Source of the DNA: Candidatus Eiseniibacteriota bacterium
Lineage (GTDB): Bacteria > Eisenbacteria > RBG-16-71-46 > DASYSL01
Direction of reading: 5' to 3'
Assembly (NCBI GenBank): GCA_031431875.1
Contig: JANPEF010000026.1
Coordinates: 23,270-87,269 of the forward strand
DNA: 64,000 nucleotides
Shown: piece after piece, positions 59,251 to 64,000 of the stretch
How the letters are laid out: each line of letters starts with the position of its first letter
Numbering within the stretch: position 1 is the stretch's first letter
The notes under the pieces: generated by a model
What the model was told of the DNA's origin: nothing
Seen by the model: only the letters and a program-made list of their open reading frames with translations
Database searches by the model: none
Translations under genes and position numbers: made by a program

Positions 59251-61020
59251 CTAGTCCGCGCGGACGATCTTGCCGTGCGAGACCAGGTCTCCGGCCTCGA
59301 CGCGGTAGAAGTACATGCCCGAGGGCAGCTCGCGCTTCACGTCCCACGTGATGACGTGATCGCCCGCCGCCATGTCCTTGTCGGCGACACGGGCGACCTG
59401 GCGGCCGTTCGCGTCGTACAGGTTGACCGAGACACGCGCCTCGCGCGGCAGCGCGAAGCGGATGGCGATCGAGTTGCGGAACGGATTCGGCGTGCCCCGC
59501 GAGAGGAACACCTTGCCCGCAGCGATCTCGTCGACGCCGGTCACGGCGCAGGAGTAAAGCCCCGGACGCGTGAAGCCGGCGTTGCAAAGGGCGTTCCACG
59601 TCGTCGCGTCCGTGATGCGGAGACCCTGCAGCTCGTGGTTCCACACGATCGAGTTGATGAACGTGGCGCCCGTACCCCGGCGGAACTGGATGCCGTTCCC
59701 ACCGCCCGGACCACTGCGACGATCACCGACGACGGTGAAGTTCGCGCACTCCGGGTTCGAGCGCGGCAGGAAGTCGTTGCCGAACTCGAAGTTGTCGCAT
59801 TCGAGGCCCTTCTCGCCGAGCTGTCCGACGCCGCCCGACGTCGACGGCGTGAGGTCCTGGCTGGTGCGGACGACGATGAACTGTCCCTTCCCGCGATAGC
59901 CGACCTGCCAGTCGAATCCGTCGTCGGTGCCGTCGGTGGCAATCGCGTACTTGATGCGGGCCGAGCCGCCGAAGAACTCGAGACCGTCGTCGCCACCGCG
60001 ATGCGCCTGCAGGTACTCGAGCTTCGTGCGGCTGCCGACGGCATTGAACGTGAACGAGTTCAGCTCGTTGTCGACAGTGATTTCGCGGCCCGAGTACTCG
60101 ACCCGGACGTAACGCAGCACACCCGAGCTGTCCGCGTCGTCGTTGCCGCCGTAGACGCCGACGGCCCCGCCCTCGGAGAAGCAGGTGTCATCGCCAGCCG
60201 TCCCGTTCGTGCCCAGGCAGTTGGCCAGGGCGCGACCCAGGATGTTGATGCCGCCCCAGCCGCCGCGCGTCTGCGGCCCGCCGAAGAGAGCGTCGTCCGA
60301 GGTCATGACGATCGGCTGCGCCGCGGTTCCCTCGGCGCGGATGATCCCGCCGCGCTCGACGATGAGCGTGCCGGTGGTGGCCTTCTCGCCGAAGCACTGC
60401 GTGCCGGGCGCGATGTCGAGGATGCCGCCGGGAACGACGCGAACCTGCCCACGGAAGACGAAGTTTGTATCGGCGGTGAGGAAGTACACGTTGTCGAAGC
60501 GAATGTTGTCAAGGATGCGGATCGGGCGCGTGAGATCGAGATCGGTGCGGCCGATGCCCAGCGAGTCATAGTAGGTCCAGCCGAGCGTCCAGTCGTTGGT
60601 CTCGAGCGAGTCGAGCGCGCCGACGTAGCACGTCTGCTCGAACCAGCCGTCGGCGGGAACGTTGACGGCCTTGCCGTGACCCGGGTTGCCGGGATACGCG
60701 GGGCTGCCCGCGGCCGGGCGCCACACGGGGCCGCCCAGGTTGATCGCGGCGGTCAGCAGCGGATCGGTGAAGCTGTTCTCGATGTACGCCACTTCGGCGA
60801 GCTGCTGCGTCGTGAAGCCGATCGGGCAGGAGCCCAGCGGAAACGCGGGCAGGTTGTCGGAGCGGTACTGACCTGCCTGCGTCAGGTTGCCATTGCCGTG
60901 GATGATGTTGCCGTCGAAGACCACCTGGGCCGAAGCCGCAAGCGGGACGGCCAGGAGCGCGACGGCGAGAGCGCAAGTCGCTCCCTGCGATCGAAGCGCA
61001 CGAGAGTCGAAAGATGCCAT
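59251..61020 (-). CDS. Secreted parallel beta-helix protein with FlgD-Ig/T9SS-like C-terminal domain
   Basis: Signal peptide; L.I.PGT, LIVERGG.I.AEGT..QPIVMTS, WGGI..LG, YGG.DD.DSSG.LRYVRVEY.G, DDG.EFFGG, DD.FDW..GY.G; PNPF...YDANGR.V...SGMYF. Confidence 0.85.
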   Translation of the reverse strand: MASFDSRALRSQGATCALAVALLAVPLAASAQVVFDGNIIHGNGNLTQAGQYRSDNLPAFPLGSCPIGFTTQQLAEVAYIENSFTDPLLTAAINLGGPVWRPAAGSPAYPGNPGHGKAVNVPADGWFEQTCYVGALDSLETNDWTLGWTYYDSLGIGRTDLDLTRPIRILDNIRFDNVYFLTADTNFVFRGQVRVVPGGILDIAPGTQCFGEKATTGTLIVERGGIIRAEGTAAQPIVMTSDDALFGGPQTRGGWGGINILGRALANCLGTNGTAGDDTCFSEGGAVGVYGGNDDADSSGVLRYVRVEYSGREITVDNELNSFTFNAVGSRTKLEYLQAHRGGDDGLEFFGGSARIKYAIATDGTDDGFDWQVGYRGKGQFIVVRTSQDLTPSTSGGVGQLGEKGLECDNFEFGNDFLPRSNPECANFTVVGDRRSGPGGGNGIQFRRGTGATFINSIVWNHELQGLRITDATTWNALCNAGFTRPGLYSCAVTGVDEIAAGKVFLSRGTPNPFRNSIAIRFALPREARVSVNLYDANGRQVARVADKDMAAGDHVITWDVKRELPSGMYFYRVEAGDLVSHGKIVRAD

Positions 61021-61373
61021 GGGATTCCTCCGAACAACACGACTGGGGAGACAGAACGATGCTCGGCACCTGGATCATCGTGCCCACCTGGTCGACCCTG
61101 CCCGATTCCCGCGTCTTCGAGCCGTGCATGCGTCGTGCGCCTGGACCGGACGGTTGGCGCTCGAAGTTCCATCGCCGGGAGGCGGCCAGCCTGCGCGCGG
61201 TCTGGAAGCGGTCTCGTCGTACGTCGGGGATTGCGTGCTCAGGGTCACTGGATGAGCCGACGGGCGTCAGCTTCGGCGACGGGCGTCGCCGCGCAGTGTC
61301 TGGGGAGTAACGATGATGTAAATGAGGGATCGGTTGCCGCGATTAGTTGCCGGAGGGAGACGGCAGGCTCGTC

Positions 61374-63059
61374 TCAGCCCGGAATCGCGTCCTCGACGAT
61401 CGCGGTCAGCGTCTCGAGCGCGACCGCGCCGTGGCCCAGCACGGCATCATGGAAGGCCTTGATGTCGAATCCCACGCCGGCGCGCGCCTCGGCCGCGCGG
61501 CGCAGGGCGAGGATGTGGAGCTGTCCGGTCTTGTACGCCGTCGCCTGGCCGGGCCAGCCGATGTAGCGGTCGACCTCGTTCTCGATGTTGTTCCGCGCCA
61601 GCGCGGTGTGCTCGACCATGAACTCGATCGCGCGCGCGCGGCTCCAGCCCAGCGCGTGGATCCCCGTGTCGACGACCAGGCGGCAGGCGCGCCAGGCGTC
61701 GAACGACAGCATGCCGATGCGGTCGAGGTCGGCGCTGTAGAGGCCCATTTCGTCGCACAGCCGCTCGGTGTAAAGCGCCCAGCCCTCCACGTAACTGGTC
61801 GGGCCGGTGTGGCGGCGGAACTCGGGCACGCCCTGGGCCTCCTGCGCCAGGGCGATCTGCGTGTGATGACCCGGCACGGCCTCGTGGAACGCGAGCGCCT
61901 CGGCCTCGTAGCGCGGGCGCGTCGCCGGCGCGAACGTGTTGATGTAGTACGTGCCCGGGCGCGAACCGTCGGTCGCGGGCTGGCGGTAGTAGGCGATGGT
62001 CGAGAACTCCTCCTCGTGCGCCTCGATGCGGCGCACCACGCACGGCGTGCGCGGGATCAGCCCGAACCAGCGCGGCACCGTCGCCTCGGCGCGACGCAGC
62101 GCCTCGACCGCCTTCGCCTCGACCTCGTCGCGCGTCGTGAAGTGCAGCGCGGGATCCGTGCGCAGGCGCACCCGCAGCTTCCCGAGGTCGGTCTCGCCCA
62201 GCGCGCGCGCCCCGAGGGCGGCCATCTCGGCGTCGATCTTCGCCACCTCGGCAAGGCCCGTGGCGTGGATCGCCTCGGCGGTCAGCGGCAACGACGTGTG
62301 GACGCGCAACTGCTTCGCATAAGTCTCGAGCCCGCCGGGCAAGGCACCGATCCCGGCGCGGTCCTCGGGGCGCGCGGCGGGCAGCGCCGTCTCGCGCGCG
62401 AATGCCGCGAGCCGCGCGAGCTGGGGACGCACCTGCTCGTCGATCGCGCGCTCGCACTCCGCGCGGAGCCGACCGCGCGCCGCGGCGTCGAACGAATCCG
62501 GCAGGCCGGCGGCAGGCTCGGTCGCAAGCGCCCACGCCGCACTCGGCTGGGCGAGCAGTGCCTCGAGCTGGGCCAGCACCTTGTGCACCGGCTCGGCCAC
62601 CGACGACAGCCCGGCCGCATGGCCGCGCACGAGGTTCGCGCGATGTGCCTCGAGATACGGTCCCATTGCGCGCACGCGCTCGACGAACGCAGCCGCCTCG
62701 TCGGCAGTGCGAACGGGATGGAACGCCGGAACGTTGAGGAGCGCGACCTGCGGCCCATCGAGCGGGTCGAGCAGCCACGTCTCCATCCCGGTCGAGCGCT
62801 GATCGATGCCGTCCTGTGCCAGCGCGAGCAACTGCAGCCGCGTCACCCTTTCCTCGGCGTCGAGCTCGCCGGCCGGAACGGCGCGCACGCGCACCGCGAG
62901 GTCGGCGAGCGCGTGGACCTCGGCTTCGCGCGCGGTCGGCGTGAGGTCCGGCATGCGCGCGTCGAAGCGGCGGTCGCCGACCAGAGTGGCGGTCAGCGGG
63001 TCGGCGGCGAGCGTGGTCTCCCAGAACTCGCGGGCGAGCGAGCCGAGCGCGGCGTTCAC
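61374..63059 (-). CDS. DUF885 family protein (putative metallopeptidase)
   Basis: EAIH..GL.EV, AYY, HEAVPGHH.Q, YVEGWALY.E, WRACRLVVDTG.H, EVDRY..WPGQA..YK.G, FHD..L..G; GTGA overlap. Confidence 0.92.
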   Translation of the reverse strand: MNAALGSLAREFWETTLAADPLTATLVGDRRFDARMPDLTPTAREAEVHALADLAVRVRAVPAGELDAEERVTRLQLLALAQDGIDQRSTGMETWLLDPLDGPQVALLNVPAFHPVRTADEAAAFVERVRAMGPYLEAHRANLVRGHAAGLSSVAEPVHKVLAQLEALLAQPSAAWALATEPAAGLPDSFDAAARGRLRAECERAIDEQVRPQLARLAAFARETALPAARPEDRAGIGALPGGLETYAKQLRVHTSLPLTAEAIHATGLAEVAKIDAEMAALGARALGETDLGKLRVRLRTDPALHFTTRDEVEAKAVEALRRAEATVPRWFGLIPRTPCVVRRIEAHEEEFSTIAYYRQPATDGSRPGTYYINTFAPATRPRYEAEALAFHEAVPGHHTQIALAQEAQGVPEFRRHTGPTSYVEGWALYTERLCDEMGLYSADLDRIGMLSFDAWRACRLVVDTGIHALGWSRARAIEFMVEHTALARNNIENEVDRYIGWPGQATAYKTGQLHILALRRAAEARAGVGFDIKAFHDAVLGHGAVALETLTAIVEDAIPG

Positions 63060-64000
63060 CTCCCCACTCCCTTCGGCATCGCGCGGTGATGGGCGCTGCG
63101 GGTCTGCAGGTCGTGACCGAGTGCCACCAGGGTCGCCTCGTCGAATGCGGCGCCGAGGAACGAGATCGAGGTCGGCAAGCCCTCGTCGCCGATGCCGCTG
63201 GGCAGGCACAGCGCGGGCAGGCCGCACAGGTTGCCGCCGGCGATGAGCGCCGGGCCGCCGGAGAATCCGGGCCACGCATTCTGGAACTCGCCGTCGGCCG
63301 GGTAGGCGACGGTCGCGCGCGTGGGTGCGGCGATCGCATCGAAGCGCTCGAACAACGCGTTGACCGCGACCTTCATCGGGCCGCGCAGGCGCATCGCCTG
63401 CAGGTAGTCGACCGCGGAGACCGCGGCGCCGCCGTAGCCGGCCCAGCGATCGCGCACGCAGCGCAGCTTCGCCAGCCCGCCGCTCTCGATGAGGTCGAGG
63501 AACGCGCTCGCGCCCTCGGCGCCGACGATCGAGCCCACGGCCGGTCCCCACGGGAAGTCGGGCCACTCGACGTCGCGCGTCACCTCGGCCGCGCCCTCGA
63601 ACGACGCGAGCATCGCCTCGAAGTTCGTGCGCACCGACGGTTGCACTTTCTCGACCACGCCTTTCGGGACCGCGATGCGCCACGGTCGGCGACGGACGGT
63701 CGCCGGATCGCGCGGGCCGTTCCAGTCGAACCCGTTGCCCACCGACGTCGGATCGCCCGCGTCCTGGCCGGCGATGGCGGACAGAACGAGTCCGCACTCG
63801 TCGACCGAGCGGGCCATCGGTCCGATCTTGTCGAGCGTCCACGACAGCGCCATCGCACCGCGGCGCGAGACCAGCCCGTACGTCGGGCGCAGGCCGGTGA
63901 CGCCGCAGAACGCCGCGGGCGTGAGGATCGAGCCCGACGTCTCCGAACCGATGGCGAACGGCACCAGCCCCGCCGCGACCGCCGCACCGGGACCGCTCGA
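63056..64000 (-). CDS. Amidase-signature family enzyme (GatA-like), 5' part outside window
   Basis: SSGPGAAVAAG, AIGSETSGSI..PA.FCGVTGLRPTYG.VSR.G, LDKIGPMARS, N..GLPA. Confidence 0.9.
   Translation of the reverse strand, partial: SSGPGAAVAAGLVPFAIGSETSGSILTPAAFCGVTGLRPTYGLVSRRGAMALSWTLDKIGPMARSVDECGLVLSAIAGQDAGDPTSVGNGFDWNGPRDPATVRRRPWRIAVPKGVVEKVQPSVRTNFEAMLASFEGAAEVTRDVEWPDFPWGPAVGSIVGAEGASAFLDLIESGGLAKLRCVRDRWAGYGGAAVSAVDYLQAMRLRGPMKVAVNALFERFDAIAAPTRATVAYPADGEFQNAWPGFSGGPALIAGGNLCGLPALCLPSGIGDEGLPTSISFLGAAFDEATLVALGHDLQTRSAHHRAMPKGVGR

Noticed and set aside
56167..61566. 1799-aa plus-strand ORF (similarly 48987-52175, 39006-41363, 18309-21431, 21465-23738)
   Set aside because: Antisense shadows of well-supported genes; Arg/Ala/Gly-rich with no motifs, as expected from stop-codon scarcity in high-GC DNA

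Overview
GC-rich bacterial chromosomal window, densely coding (~55 CDS). I recognised no rRNA, tRNA, CRISPR array, integrase or transposase. Secreted proteins carry FlgD-Ig/T9SS-like C-terminal domains or a terminal 'SWGRLKxxYRR' motif, which suggests (inference) an uncultured FCB-associated diderm such as Ca. Eisenbacteria. Gene content in order: an Ivy/GNAT-Gmad2/DinB operon, an internally deleted Fpg/Nei remnant, an MFP + two-RND efflux operon, hup, EamA/GT4, cytochrome c-dsbD-exported methyltransferase-fold operon, a large zinc metalloprotease, an unusual Rho whose RNA-binding OB-fold is replaced by an RGG-rich disordered region, amidohydrolase/SDR, tandem DUF6982-like paralogs, a metallopeptidase + ATP-grasp ligase pair, YbjT/DASS/CPXCG operon, YceI, a stand-alone ZZ-like zinc finger, a sigma54-type small-membrane-protein cluster, efp, an ~11.5 kb sulfatase/outer-membrane-barrel island, an FG-GAP secreted protein, a LeuD-LeuC-order fused aconitase-family enzyme, two orphan Flp pilins (one absent from the ORF track), OsmC, a beta-helix protein/TonB-dependent receptor operon, DUF885 and a truncated amidase. 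All family calls are by eye from motifs; no database searches were run.
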